A stretch of DNA of 62,594 bases, filler included, from Candidatus Desantisbacteria bacterium CG1_02_49_89 (GCA_001871075.1; 5 parts of 5 records of this genome joined end to end with filler, not necessarily neighbours in it), one strand, 5' to 3'. Numbered from the whole stretch's first letter, positions 39,535 through 49,733 are shown. Translations and numbers: made by a program. The notes: a model not told the origin generated them from the letters alone.

Positions 39535-39686
39535 AGTTGGCTCGCGTTGAAAATTTGCGAACCTGGGAGTTGTGGAGTTAGCCAGCCTTCGGCTGTCTTG
39601 GGAGTAAAATAGAAAGAATTTGCTCCTAAACCCCTTAACTCCCAGTCCTGAACCCGAACAAAGTGAGTGGTCCAGCGGCAACTCCC
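39535..39686. repeat. Composite GGAGT/ACTCC element, copy 2
   Basis: Colinear with 38404-38546. Confidence 0.8.
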
Positions 39687-39720
39687 GCCCGCCGGTATTC
39701 ACGGCGGGAACCCCAAAACT

Positions 39721-40530
39721 CTATCTGCCCAGGATCTTGTCGATCGAAAGGGAAATGTGGTACAGGATGGTATCCGAATGGAACCTGTAAGGGCCGAATT
39801 CAGCTGTCAGGTAGTCATTGTATCCGATCTCATTTAACGCCTGAACGACTCCGGGCCAGTTTACGTTCCCCTCAAGTAAATTCACAAATCCCGTGATGTT
39901 CCCGGTGCTTGTATTGAAATCCTTTAAATGGATCTTCTTTATTTTTTTGCCCAGTATCCTTATCCACTGCTCGGGAAACCCGTTCACGAGCACGTTGCCC
40001 GTATCGAAGTATGCCTGGATATAGGGCTTGTTGATCTCTTCTATAAACCCCTTCATCTCCAGAGGGCTCAACAGGAATTTATTCCAGACATTTTCCGCGC
40101 CGATAAAAACCTTGCATGCCTCTGCCGCGGGAGCAAGTTCCAGCATTGCCTGCTTTGCCCTTTCATAAACCACATCATACGGAGTATCTTCTGAAACTAC
40201 TCCAGGGACGACCAGGACCGTATCAGCCCCAAGCCAGGAAGTCACTTCCAGAGCCTTTTTTACGTAGTCTATTGCCTTTTTCCTCTCGTCCGGGTTGTTG
40301 CTTGTAAGCGGGGGCCATCCCGCGCAGACGCTGCAGACCTTTATCCCCGACTCTTTTGCCAGAGAGGTTATTTTTTCCGCGTCACCCTTCGCGGTCTTGA
40401 GATTTACGTCCGCGCCTTCACCCGCGAAATTGATCTCCACCCCGTCAAAACCCGCCTTCTTCGCCAGAGCGAAACAATCCTTTATGCCCATACCACCCGG
40501 AAAAATACATTTGTTTACAGCTTTCTTCAT
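39721..40530 (-). CDS. Sugar phosphate isomerase/epimerase (TIM barrel)
   Basis: GFDGVE, ENVWN, FDTGN, HLKD. Confidence 0.92.
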   Translation of the reverse strand: MKKAVNKCIFPGGMGIKDCFALAKKAGFDGVEINFAGEGADVNLKTAKGDAEKITSLAKESGIKVCSVCAGWPPLTSNNPDERKKAIDYVKKALEVTSWLGADTVLVVPGVVSEDTPYDVVYERAKQAMLELAPAAEACKVFIGAENVWNKFLLSPLEMKGFIEEINKPYIQAYFDTGNVLVNGFPEQWIRILGKKIKKIHLKDFNTSTGNITGFVNLLEGNVNWPGVVQALNEIGYNDYLTAEFGPYRFHSDTILYHISLSIDKILGR

Positions 40531-40801
40531 CCTATTCCTCCTTCTTTTAACCACGAATTAACCCCTGCGGGTTTCTACGAAACCATAACGCTGGGGCCTG
40601 CGAACCAGAGCCATGTTGATGGTTCTCCGGCACGAATTTCCCCCTGCAGCTGCTACGCAGCTCAATGCAGGGACCTTCGGGTCAGAACCGAGTCGATGAC
40701 CCTATGGCACGGATTTTTGTAACTCAAGGCTTCAGCCTTGATATCAAAACTAAAGTTTTGAGTTACTCTAACCTGTGTTAACCTGTGTTAACCTGTGGTT
40801 A

Positions 40802-41908
40802 TTATTTTATATAGATCCTCGGGACAAGCATGCCCACCGTGGTGACCACCTCATATCCTATGGTATTATACCAGCCTGCGAGTTCCTCAGCCCTGATCTC
40901 CTCCCTGCCCTGCCTGCCGAACAGCACCACCTCATCCCCGACCTTTATCTTCGATATTCCCGTGACGTCAACAAGGCTCTGGTCCATGCATATCCTTCCC
41001 GCGACCGGAACCCTTTTCCCTCTTATAATAACGCTGGAACGGTTGGAAAGATTCCTGGCGTAACCCTGGGCGTAACCGACAGGGATCACGGCTATCAGGG
41101 ATCTCCGCTTCGTCCTGAAAGTCCTGCCGTAGCTTATGCTTGCGCCTTTGCCCACCTCTTTAAGCGACACGATCCTGGCTTTCAGCGACATTGCCGGCTT
41201 AAGGAACGCGCATTTTCTTTTTGTTCCCCACGGCGAGATCCCGTAAAGCATGATGCCGGGCCGTACTGCCGTCAGCCGCATTCCGGGGTATGCAAGAGTA
41301 GCAATGCTGTTAGAGATATGGATCAAGGGAATCCTAATACCTTGGCCTGCCAGCTTATCCAGGATATCCTTAAATTTCTTATACTGTTCCTTTGTGTATT
41401 TCCTGTCATCCCCGGCGCTTGAAAGGTGGGAAAATATCCCCTCGATCCTTATATTGGGAAGCTCCGCGATTTTCCGGGCGAAACAAACCGCTTCCTCAGG
41501 CATAACGCCAAGCCTGCCCATGCCGGTGTCAACCTTTATGTGGACCTTCGCGGTCCTGCCGGCCTTTCTTGCCGCAAGCGAAAGATTTTTTGCGGATTTG
41601 AGATCGAAAATAGTCTGGGAAAAACGATTTGCCAGCACTTCCCTGAAACGCTCGTGCGGCGTGTAGTTCAGGATCAGCACCGCGGCTTTTATCCCGCCTC
41701 TGCGCAGCTCTTCCGCTTCGTCTATGTTAGCAACAGCTAACATATCCGCGCCGTTTTTAAGCATAGCCTTGCCGGATGGAACCGCTCCGTGGCCATACGC
41801 GTCCGCCTTGACCACCGCGATTATTTTAACGTTCCTGCCAACGGTCCTGCGCACATACCGCGCGTTGGACCCTATGCTCCCAAGATCCACCTCAACCCAT
41901 CTTAGCAT
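40802..41908 (-). CDS. alr: Alanine racemase
   Basis: AVVKADAYGHG, KVDTGMGRLG, RICMDQ. Confidence 0.98.
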   Translation of the reverse strand: MLRWVEVDLGSIGSNARYVRRTVGRNVKIIAVVKADAYGHGAVPSGKAMLKNGADMLAVANIDEAEELRRGGIKAAVLILNYTPHERFREVLANRFSQTIFDLKSAKNLSLAARKAGRTAKVHIKVDTGMGRLGVMPEEAVCFARKIAELPNIRIEGIFSHLSSAGDDRKYTKEQYKKFKDILDKLAGQGIRIPLIHISNSIATLAYPGMRLTAVRPGIMLYGISPWGTKRKCAFLKPAMSLKARIVSLKEVGKGASISYGRTFRTKRRSLIAVIPVGYAQGYARNLSNRSSVIIRGKRVPVAGRICMDQSLVDVTGISKIKVGDEVVLFGRQGREEIRAEELAGWYNTIGYEVVTTVGMLVPRIYIK

Positions 41909-41918
41909 AACAAACCTT

Positions 41919-42021
41919 AATTATGAATTATAAATTATGAGTTATGAGTCAAAAACAAGGATTTTTATTTAAATTTAATTCCATGCTGTTGATTCATAAT
42001 TCATAACTCATAATTCATAAT
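41919..42021. repeat. TTATGAR 7-mer inverted tandem element
   Basis: Arms around core AAAAACAAGGATTTTTATTTAAATTTAATTCCATGC. Confidence 0.9.
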
Positions 42022-42025
42022 TGTC

Positions 42026-42607
42026 TTATTTGAGCTTGCGGCTGCCCGGCTTCACCACGGGGATCCCCTGCTTGCAGAGCGGGCAGTTCTGGGAATCAAA
42101 TGTCTTTATTTTTAATTTTACAACCGAGTGCACCGGCGCGTTGAAATTCAGGCTCTTTATGCTCCTATTAACGATCGAGCCTACGCCCGCCAGCTTTGCC
42201 CCGCTTTTCCTGACGATCTTGATTATTTCCTTTACCGAGCCGCCGGTTGTGAGCACGTCCTCAACAACAAGGACCCTTTCTCCATTTCTCAGTTCAAAAC
42301 CGCGCCTTAACGTCAGCCTGCCTTCGTCTCTCTCTGCGAAGAGCGACCTTGCCTTCAGCACCCTTGCGACCTCCTGGCCTATCACTATGCCGCCTATTGC
42401 CGGTGAAACAACCGCGTCTATTTTCTTATTGCCGAATTTCTTCGCTATCTCACTCGCGAGGAACGCGGCGTAGTTGGGATACTGCAGGACAAGCGCGCAC
42501 TGAACGTACCTGTTGCTGTGGAGCCCTGAGGTCAGCAGGAAGTGGCCGCTGAGAAGCGCGCGGCTTTTCCCCAGGATATCCATAACCTTCTTGCCATCGC
42601 TGCTCAT
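42026..42607 (-). CDS. pyrE: Orotate phosphoribosyltransferase
   Basis: GHFLLTSG.HS..Y, VVEDVLTTGGS. Confidence 0.97.
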   Translation of the reverse strand: MSSDGKKVMDILGKSRALLSGHFLLTSGLHSNRYVQCALVLQYPNYAAFLASEIAKKFGNKKIDAVVSPAIGGIVIGQEVARVLKARSLFAERDEGRLTLRRGFELRNGERVLVVEDVLTTGGSVKEIIKIVRKSGAKLAGVGSIVNRSIKSLNFNAPVHSVVKLKIKTFDSQNCPLCKQGIPVVKPGSRKLK

Positions 42608-42719
42608 TTTATGAACCTTTCGATTACAGTGATTTTATAAAAATGATTACGGTGATTATCTTCAGTATCAAGAATCAAGTTTAAAACTAATGACAAAAGA
42701 CTAATGACAAATGACTGCA

Positions 42720-43403
42720 CTATCCTATTTCTTTAAGGATTGAGACTGCGGCTGAGACAGGATCTGCGGCTTCAAGGATAGGCCTTCCGACGACTATGAA
42801 ATCCGCGCCTTTTCCGACCGCGTCGCGCGGGGTTACCACCCTTTTCTGGTCTCCGGTTTCCGCTGCTGCCGGCCTGACTCCCGGAACAACTATCAGGAAA
42901 TTCCTGCCGCACGCCTTGCGCACGGTCTTTATTTCCCGCCCGGATGCGACAACGCCGTCCAGCCCGCAGGATTTTGCCAGGCGCGCGAGGGCTACAACCT
43001 GCCTTTCCACGCCGCGGTTTATACCCAGCTCTTTCTTCAGGATGTTTCCATCAATGCTTGTAAGGACTGTGACCGCGACAACGCGCATCCCGCCCTTGTT
43101 TTTCGCCGCCTCCCGCATCATCTCGGTGCCGCCGCCTGCGTGCACGGTAAGCATATCAACTCCCAGAGAGAGCGCGGATCTCACGGCCATGCCGACCGTG
43201 TTGGGTATGTCGTGGTATTTCAGGTCAAGGAAAACTTTTTTATTGAATTTCTTGACCATCTCGACGATCCCCGGGCCTTCCTTAGTGAAAAGTATGCTGC
43301 CTATCTTGAACATGCCTGCGCAGTCTTTCAGCATCGCGACAAATTTTTTCGCTGCGCCGTAGTCCTTGACATCCAGCGCGACTATTAACGGATTGTTTTT
43401 CAT
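42720..43403 (-). CDS. pyrF: Orotidine-5'-phosphate decarboxylase
   Basis: FLDLKYHDIPNT, VPGVR, DQKR, VGRPI. Confidence 0.98.
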   Translation of the reverse strand: MKNNPLIVALDVKDYGAAKKFVAMLKDCAGMFKIGSILFTKEGPGIVEMVKKFNKKVFLDLKYHDIPNTVGMAVRSALSLGVDMLTVHAGGGTEMMREAAKNKGGMRVVAVTVLTSIDGNILKKELGINRGVERQVVALARLAKSCGLDGVVASGREIKTVRKACGRNFLIVVPGVRPAAAETGDQKRVVTPRDAVGKGADFIVVGRPILEAADPVSAAVSILKEIG

Positions 43404-43469
43404 TTAGATAACTCCGTCATCCTCTTTCTTCCTCTCCCTTAACGGGAGAGGAAGGTGGTGAGGGTGAAT

Positions 43470-44456
43470 TCATTTTGCCTTCAATGATCCCACAAGCAAA
43501 CCTATTTTTTTGATCCTGTTTTCAACCATATATTTCCTGATGCCGTCTATTATTTCCGGTATCGCGCGGGGATTAACAAAATTCGCCGTGCCAACAGCTA
43601 CTGCTTTCGCCCCGCACACCATGAATTCAAGGGCGTCGCGCGCGTCCATGATCCCGCCCATGCCTATTATTGGTATCCTGACGGTATTATATACTTCCCG
43701 GACCATCCTCAGCGCTATCGGTTTTATTGCCGGGCCTGAAAGCCCCCCGGTTGTGTTGCTTAGGCAGGGTGTTCTTTTTTCAAGGTTTATCGCCATACCA
43801 AGCGGCGTGTTTATCAGGGAAACCGCGTCAGCCCCTGCCCTTTCAACCGCCCTCGCTATTATTTTTATGTCGGTCACGTTCGGGGAAAGCTTTACTATAA
43901 GGGGAAGTCTGGTAATTCTGCGCACCCTTCGGACCACGCCAGCCGCTGCTTTTTCATCCTGGGCGAACATTCTTAACCTTTCCTTTTCTTTCCTCTCCCT
44001 TGACGGGAGAGGACTAAGGTGAGGGTGAAGGTTTGGGCAGGAAATATTCAGTTCTATTCCCGAAACACCCCTGACACCCTTCAGCTCCCTTGTTATATCT
44101 GTGTATTCCTGCTCTGTTTCCCCGCCGATACTCACTATTATGGGTATTCCCGGCTTCCTGAGAACAGGCATCTTATCTCTTATGAACGCTTCTGTTCCCG
44201 GGTTCTGCAGGCCGATGCAGTTGAGCATCCCGCTGTATGTTTCTTTTATCCTCGGAGGCGGATTTCCCTTCCTGGGCTTCAGGGTGATCGTCTTTGTCAC
44301 TATGGCGCCCATCTCTTTAAGATCAAAGAATTCCGCGTATTCCTCGCCGAACGCGAACGTGCCGGACCCACACATTACCGGATTTTTCATCTTTATCCCA
44401 GCTATATTTACTGATAAATCAGTGGTGAGTGGTGAGTGGTGAGTGGTGAGTTTCAC
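43470..44456 (-). CDS. pyrD: Dihydroorotate dehydrogenase 1B catalytic subunit (with repeat insertions)
   Basis: GNPPPR, ELNISCPN, KLSPN, GGLSGPAIKP. Confidence 0.97.
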   Translation of the reverse strand: MKLTTHHSPLTTDLSVNIAGIKMKNPVMCGSGTFAFGEEYAEFFDLKEMGAIVTKTITLKPRKGNPPPRIKETYSGMLNCIGLQNPGTEAFIRDKMPVLRKPGIPIIVSIGGETEQEYTDITRELKGVRGVSGIELNISCPNLHPHLSPLPSRERKEKERLRMFAQDEKAAAGVVRRVRRITRLPLIVKLSPNVTDIKIIARAVERAGADAVSLINTPLGMAINLEKRTPCLSNTTGGLSGPAIKPIALRMVREVYNTVRIPIIGMGGIMDARDALEFMVCGAKAVAVGTANFVNPRAIPEIIDGIRKYMVENRIKKIGLLVGSLKAK

Positions 44457-44612
44457 TTCTTATCTCCTGGCTTTGACCTTTGAACTTTGTGCTATTATTT
44501 CCAAATGATCTTTCCCTTTACACGTTACACCTTATCCGCCCCGATCAATATCGGGGCGAGACCTCGCCCTGCCTTTACGCAGGGCGGGCACCTTACACGT
44601 TATTTAGACTCA

Positions 44613-45500
44613 TCAGACGATCTCTCCCGCGTTGAAGACCGGGCCGTCCTTGCACACAAGCTTGTAACCTTGTTTTGTATTAACGGGGCAGCCGTAACAG
44701 GCGCCAATCCCGCATGCCATATCCTCTTCAAGCGATACCTGGCACGGTATTTTATGCTTCGCTGCGATCCTAGATACTTCCCTGAGCATTGCTTTTGGCC
44801 CGCACGCGTACACCGTCGAGCGTTTGTTTTTTCGTATAACGTATGACGTACGACGTACGACGTTTTCTAAAAGCCCAGTAACCAGACCCTTATAGCCTTT
44901 AGAGCCATCGTCGGTACTGACCTTTACCGTACAACCTAGGTTCTTGAATTCGTTCTCGCACAGCAGTTCTTTCTTTGTCTTCGCCCCTATTAAAACTATG
45001 ATCCTGGATCCTGGATGCTGGATGCTGGATGAAGGATTTAAATTTAACTTTTGCAATTTACAATTTGACTTTTGCAATTCTTCTGCTAACAGCAGAAGAG
45101 GCGCTACCCCCATCCCTCCTGCGACCAGTATAGCCGAATTTATTTTTCTGGGTATACTGAACCCGTTTCCAAGAGGTCCGATAACATTTATGATCTCACC
45201 CGGTTTCTTCCGCGCAAGCGCTTCTGTTCCCTTCCCTACTGTCTTATAAAATATTTCTATCCATCCTTGCTTTTGCGCTGACACGTTGATACGTTGATAC
45301 GCTGATACGTTTGCATTATTGATTTTATGGATGCTGAACGGCCTGCGCAGCAGGATCCCCGCAGGTCCCGAACACCTTATATGAACAAATTGCCCCGGTC
45401 TTGCCTTTATGGCAATAAGCGGGGCAATGATCTTTAACCTGTAAAAATCCGGCCCTACCTTTTTATTTTCAATTATCCTGCACTTTTCAGTCTTCACCAT
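44613..45500 (-). CDS. pyrK: Dihydroorotate dehydrogenase electron transfer subunit (three repeat insertions)
   Basis: PGQF, RRPFS, AGGMG.AP, MACGIGACYGC...CKDGPVF. Confidence 0.95.
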   Translation of the reverse strand: MVKTEKCRIIENKKVGPDFYRLKIIAPLIAIKARPGQFVHIRCSGPAGILLRRPFSIHKINNANVSAYQRINVSAQKQGWIEIFYKTVGKGTEALARKKPGEIINVIGPLGNGFSIPRKINSAILVAGGMGVAPLLLLAEELQKSNCKLQKLNLNPSSSIQHPGSRIIVLIGAKTKKELLCENEFKNLGCTVKVSTDDGSKGYKGLVTGLLENVVRRTSYVIRKNKRSTVYACGPKAMLREVSRIAAKHKIPCQVSLEEDMACGIGACYGCPVNTKQGYKLVCKDGPVFNAGEIV

Positions 45501-45558
45501 GCTCCGTCTTTACAATTTGCAATTTAAAATTTACAATTTACAATTTGAAATTTGTAAT

Positions 45559-46833
45559 TTATAAGGAATACAACACTCTTCCCCCCACTATCGTCGTCAC
45601 CACCCTTCCTCTCACTGTCCTGCCGATAAAAGGCGAGTTCTTGCACGGACCCGCGAAATCCGCCGGTGCTATCGTCCATTCAGCGCCCGTGTCAAATATG
45701 ACAACATCGGCATCCTGATCCGGCGCTATGACTCCCTTTTTCAAACCAAGGATCCTCGCTGGATTTACCGTCATCTTGGCAACCGCGCTCTTCAGTGTGA
45801 TCACCCCTTCTCCGACTATTTCTGTCAGGATAAGCGCCAGGCAAGTTTCAAGGCCTACCATTCCGAACGGGGCTGAGCGGTAATCATCGTCCTTTTCTTC
45901 CTGGCTGTGCGGCGCGTGGTCCGTCGCGATGGCGTCTATCGTTCCGTCGCGTAATCCCTTCCTCAGCGCGGATATGTCATCCCTGGTCCGCAGCGGCGGG
46001 TTCACCTTTGTGCTGGTATCGAATCCCCTTACCAGGTCATCGGTAAGTATGAGATGGTGGGGTGTAACCTCGGCGCTGACATTTACCTTCTTTCTTTTCG
46101 CCTGTTTCAAGATCTCGACTGTTCCCCTTGTGCTTGAGTGCGATATGTGCAGGGCGCCGCCGGTCATGGCGGCAAGAGAGATATCCCGGTACACTATCAC
46201 TTCCTCGGCCTCTGCCGGCATTCCCGTTATTCCCAGCACAGTCGAATTATAACCTTCGTTCATCACGCCGTTCCTTGAAAGCTGCTTGTCCTGGCAGTGG
46301 GACATTATTGGCAGGCTGAACATTTTCGCGTATTCAAAAGCCCTGCGCATTACAAGCGCGTTCATAACGCTGTCCCCGTCATCAGAAAGCGCCACTACGC
46401 CCGCGTCCTTCAGCTCGCTTATCTCCGCGAGCTCCTCGCCCTTCCTTCCTTTGGTTATGGCACCCACCGGGAAAATCCTTACCGTCCCGCCCCTGTTCTC
46501 CTTAGCTTTTTCAAGGATGTATTTCACGGTCCCGGGGCTGTCGATGGGAGGATTCGTATTAGGCATGCAGCATATGCTGGTAAAACCGCCTTTTAACGCG
46601 GCAAGGGAGGTCTGCGCTATCGTTTCCTCGTCTTCCCTGCCAGGCTCCCTGAGATGGCAGTGCATGTCGATAAGGCCCGGGGCCACGGTTTTACCTTTTG
46701 CGTCTATGACGCGGGCGTTCTTTTCCCTGATGTTCTTGCCTACGGCGGCGATCTTATCATCCTTGATAAGGATGTCCAGTTTTCCTTCTTTTCCGCCCGG
46801 GTTTACGACCCTTCCGTTCTTTATAAGTATCAT
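45559..46833 (-). CDS. pyrC: Dihydroorotase
   Basis: DMHCHLREPG, MPNT, KVNPPLR, ATDHAPH. Confidence 0.98.
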   Translation of the reverse strand: MILIKNGRVVNPGGKEGKLDILIKDDKIAAVGKNIREKNARVIDAKGKTVAPGLIDMHCHLREPGREDEETIAQTSLAALKGGFTSICCMPNTNPPIDSPGTVKYILEKAKENRGGTVRIFPVGAITKGRKGEELAEISELKDAGVVALSDDGDSVMNALVMRRAFEYAKMFSLPIMSHCQDKQLSRNGVMNEGYNSTVLGITGMPAEAEEVIVYRDISLAAMTGGALHISHSSTRGTVEILKQAKRKKVNVSAEVTPHHLILTDDLVRGFDTSTKVNPPLRTRDDISALRKGLRDGTIDAIATDHAPHSQEEKDDDYRSAPFGMVGLETCLALILTEIVGEGVITLKSAVAKMTVNPARILGLKKGVIAPDQDADVVIFDTGAEWTIAPADFAGPCKNSPFIGRTVRGRVVTTIVGGRVLYSL

Positions 46834-46984
46834 TCTTTTTCCTTAAATTATAAATTATGAGTTATGAATTATGAGTTAAAAGCAAAGGATGTTATTTAAA
46901 GTCAATTCGTGAAAATTCGTGTTAATTCGTGGTTAAAAATTATGCTTTAGCGGTAATCTTAAACTTTCAGCTTTCAGCTTTGAG

Positions 46985-47926
46985 CTAAATTTGCTTCTGT
47001 GCCAGAAGCAGGTATAGCACCGCCATCCTGACCGCTATGCCGTTGGTGACCTGTTCCAGTATCACCGAACAGGCACCGTCTGCCACGCTGCTCGAGATCT
47101 CTATCCCGCGATTTATCGGGCCCGGGTGCATAACAAGGCAGTCGCTCTTTGCAAGCTTCAGCCTTTCCGGCGTGATGCAGAAATCCTTCACGTATTCATG
47201 TATGCTGGGGAAGAAATTGCTGGTCTGCCTTTCCAGCTGTATCCTGAGGCCCATAATAACGTCCGCGTCTATGAACGCCTCCTCAGGCCGGTAAAAAACC
47301 TGCACTTTAAGGTCCTGAGCCCTGGGCGGGATGAGCGTTGGCGGGCCCACAACCTTTACCACCGCGCCCATCTTGGTAAGCCCCCAGATGTTGGAGCGCG
47401 CCACCCTGCTGTGCAGGATGTCGCCTATTATCACCACGTTAAGGCCTTCTATTTTTTTCTTTTTTTCCCGGATAGTGAACATGTCAAGCAGCGCCTGGGT
47501 TGGATGCTCGTGCGAGCCGTCCCCGGCGTTCACTAACGACGCCTTCAGGACCCTGCTCAGCAGGAAAGCCGCCCCTTCCACCGGGTGCCTCACGACAACA
47601 GCGTCAACCTCCATTGCCTGGATGTTGCGCGCGGTGTCCGTGAGGCTTTCTCCCTTCACAACGCTGGAAGCTGAAGAGGCAATGTTGATCACGTCTGCGC
47701 TCAGCCTTTTTGACGCGAGTTCAAATGAAATGCGGGTTCGGGTGCTGGGTTCGTAGAAAAGATTTACAACGGTTTTACCCCTAAGGGCAGGCACTTTCTT
47801 GATGGGGCGGATGGAAACTTCCTTGAATCCTCTTGCGGTATCAAGTATGAGTTCGATCTCTTCCCTGCTCAGTTCTTCTATTCCAAGAAGGTCTTTTCTT
47901 TTAAACACAATCTTCTTGCTGTTCAT
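46985..47926 (-). CDS. pyrB: Aspartate carbamoyltransferase catalytic subunit
   Basis: [24 protein letters not shown]. Confidence 0.99.
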   Translation of the reverse strand: MNSKKIVFKRKDLLGIEELSREEIELILDTARGFKEVSIRPIKKVPALRGKTVVNLFYEPSTRTRISFELASKRLSADVINIASSASSVVKGESLTDTARNIQAMEVDAVVVRHPVEGAAFLLSRVLKASLVNAGDGSHEHPTQALLDMFTIREKKKKIEGLNVVIIGDILHSRVARSNIWGLTKMGAVVKVVGPPTLIPPRAQDLKVQVFYRPEEAFIDADVIMGLRIQLERQTSNFFPSIHEYVKDFCITPERLKLAKSDCLVMHPGPINRGIEISSSVADGACSVILEQVTNGIAVRMAVLYLLLAQKQI

Positions 47927-48028
47927 TCCTCTTCCTCATTCCTGCTGCATGCATTAACTATTCGTTTAAATTTATTCCTTGTTTTTGCGTTGATACGTTG
48001 ATACGCTGACACGTTGACACGCTTTATA

Positions 48029-48580
48029 TTATGGACTGTTAACAACAACTTCATCCCTTCCATCCGACTCTTTCATCCTTACTTCCACTATTTGGCGGTG
48101 TGTTGTTGAAATGGACACTCCGGAATAATCCGCCTGTATCGGCAGTTCCCTCAGGCCCCTGTCAACCAGCACCGCGAGCTGTATGTTCCTCGGCCTTCCG
48201 AAATCCACAAGCTCATCCATCGCGGCGCGGATGGTCCTGCCGGTGTAAAGCACGTCGTCAACAAGGACTATTTTCCTGTCCGTAAGGTCAAAACCTATCT
48301 CCGTGCTCCTTACGATCGGCTGGGCTGAGATCGTTGTGAGGTCGTCGCGGTACAGGGTTATGTCAAGGATACCCAGCGGGACCTCAGCCTTATATTTGCT
48401 TTTTAACAATACGGCGATGCGGTCCGCGATATGGGCGCCCCTCATCCGGATGCCTACTATCGCAAGGTCTTTCAGCCCGTTCTTCGCGCTGTTCCTCTGC
48501 GCTATCTCATCGCAGATCCGTGCGATCGTCTTGCTTACCCCGTTTTTATCCAGTATTACCTGTGTCTTATTTGTCTTCAT
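48029..48580 (-). CDS. pyrR: Pyrimidine regulatory protein / uracil PRTase
   Basis: LDITLYRDD, LVDDVLYTGRTIRAA, DRGLRELPI. Confidence 0.97.
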   Translation of the reverse strand: MKTNKTQVILDKNGVSKTIARICDEIAQRNSAKNGLKDLAIVGIRMRGAHIADRIAVLLKSKYKAEVPLGILDITLYRDDLTTISAQPIVRSTEIGFDLTDRKIVLVDDVLYTGRTIRAAMDELVDFGRPRNIQLAVLVDRGLRELPIQADYSGVSISTTHRQIVEVRMKESDGRDEVVVNSP

Positions 48581-48752
48581 TTTTTCCTGGCTAACTTATC
48601 CTGCTGTACCCACCCTTGTCCGCCAATTCTTAAGGTGGAAATCTTTAAGGAGTGTGATTTGATATTACGATAAAATTCCTTGTTGTTGCGTTGACACGCT
48701 GATACGTTGACACGTTGACACGCTTTAAAAAGGAAACTGACTTAACTGTCTT

Positions 48753-49151
48753 TTAAACGAACAGCTTCGCTATCTTCACATTATCATTTGAGCTTATTAT
48801 AAGAAGCGATTTCCCGCTTATGGAAGAAGTTGTTCCATATATATGGGTCAGGTTCGCTTTCTCGCTTGAAAGTTTCCTGCACACCTCTGATATGGCGCCG
48901 GTCTTGTCTTCAAGCTCCAGGAACACGATCTCCTGCTCTTTCATGGTGAACTTCAGGGGTTTTAACGTATCCATGGTTTTTTTGTTGTCTGACGTCACTA
49001 TCCTGAATTTGGCTTTCCCGCCCTCACCGTATCCGCAGATCGCCTGTATGTTGATACCCGCGCCTGCAAGCACCGTGCTTATTTTCGCGAGCATTCCCAC
49101 TTCATCAGGCGTCTCTACATAAACCTCCTTTCCTAATCTCGCGTTTACCAT
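48753..49151 (-). CDS. Tandem ACT domain protein
   Basis: DEVGMLAKI...AGINI and DKTGAI...NL..IY; start reassigned to ATG 49151. Confidence 0.85.
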   Translation of the reverse strand: MVNARLGKEVYVETPDEVGMLAKISTVLAGAGINIQAICGYGEGGKAKFRIVTSDNKKTMDTLKPLKFTMKEQEIVFLELEDKTGAISEVCRKLSSEKANLTHIYGTTSSISGKSLLIISSNDNVKIAKLFV

Positions 49152-49294
49152 ATCTTCCCCCTGCCCTTTATGGCTATGCAGCGTTCCGCCTTCAGATAAT
49201 ACAAAAGATTTCTTTTTATATATAGCATAAAGTCTATTCTTATCCAATTAATCATGCTGCAATCTGCATATAATCTGAATAATCATCTTTATCC

Positions 49295-49385
49295 AAAAAA
49301 ACCCCACTTTTTAGTGGGGATTTCAAAGCTTTTTCCTGTCCAACAACCCAACATATATTCTATCATAATTTCAGAAAAATGTCAA
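49295..49385 (-). promoter_or_regulatory. Sigma70 promoter followed by a short leader with an intrinsic terminator
   Basis: Minus TTGACA-N17-TAGAAT (49357-49385); CCCCACT-AAAA-AGTGGGG-TTTTTTT (49295-49319). Confidence 0.55.
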
Positions 49386-49401
49386 GTTAAAAAGTATTTA
49401 G

Positions 49402-49733
49402 TGTTCCGCAACATTCAAAAGTATACTTTTGGGAACCTTAAAAGTATACTTTCTCATAAATGATATTCCCCGATTTTCTGCTCATCTTTTAACACAATAA
49501 TCTTTTTGTTGGGGATAAGACACACGGTTACTTCTTGCTCCGGAAATCGACCTACCTTCCAGATTCTGCCTTCGAGAGTACCCACCCCCCTCACCCTACC
49601 CCTCTCCCTCGAGGGGAGAGGATAAAGGAGAGGGTGATTATTACCTGATTTTTAAACCAGCCAGCCTAAATAATTTTCCCCCAGATATATTCACTTTTAA
49701 TTGTTCCCTATGTCCGCTTTTGATTATTTCCGC
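49402..49733 (-). mobile_element. Non-autonomous IS-derived element, copy 2 (runs into contig end)
   Basis: Colinear with 9999-10334; ORF remnant EGRIWKVGRFPEQEVTVCLIPNKKIIVLKDEQKIGEYHL*. Confidence 0.7.
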
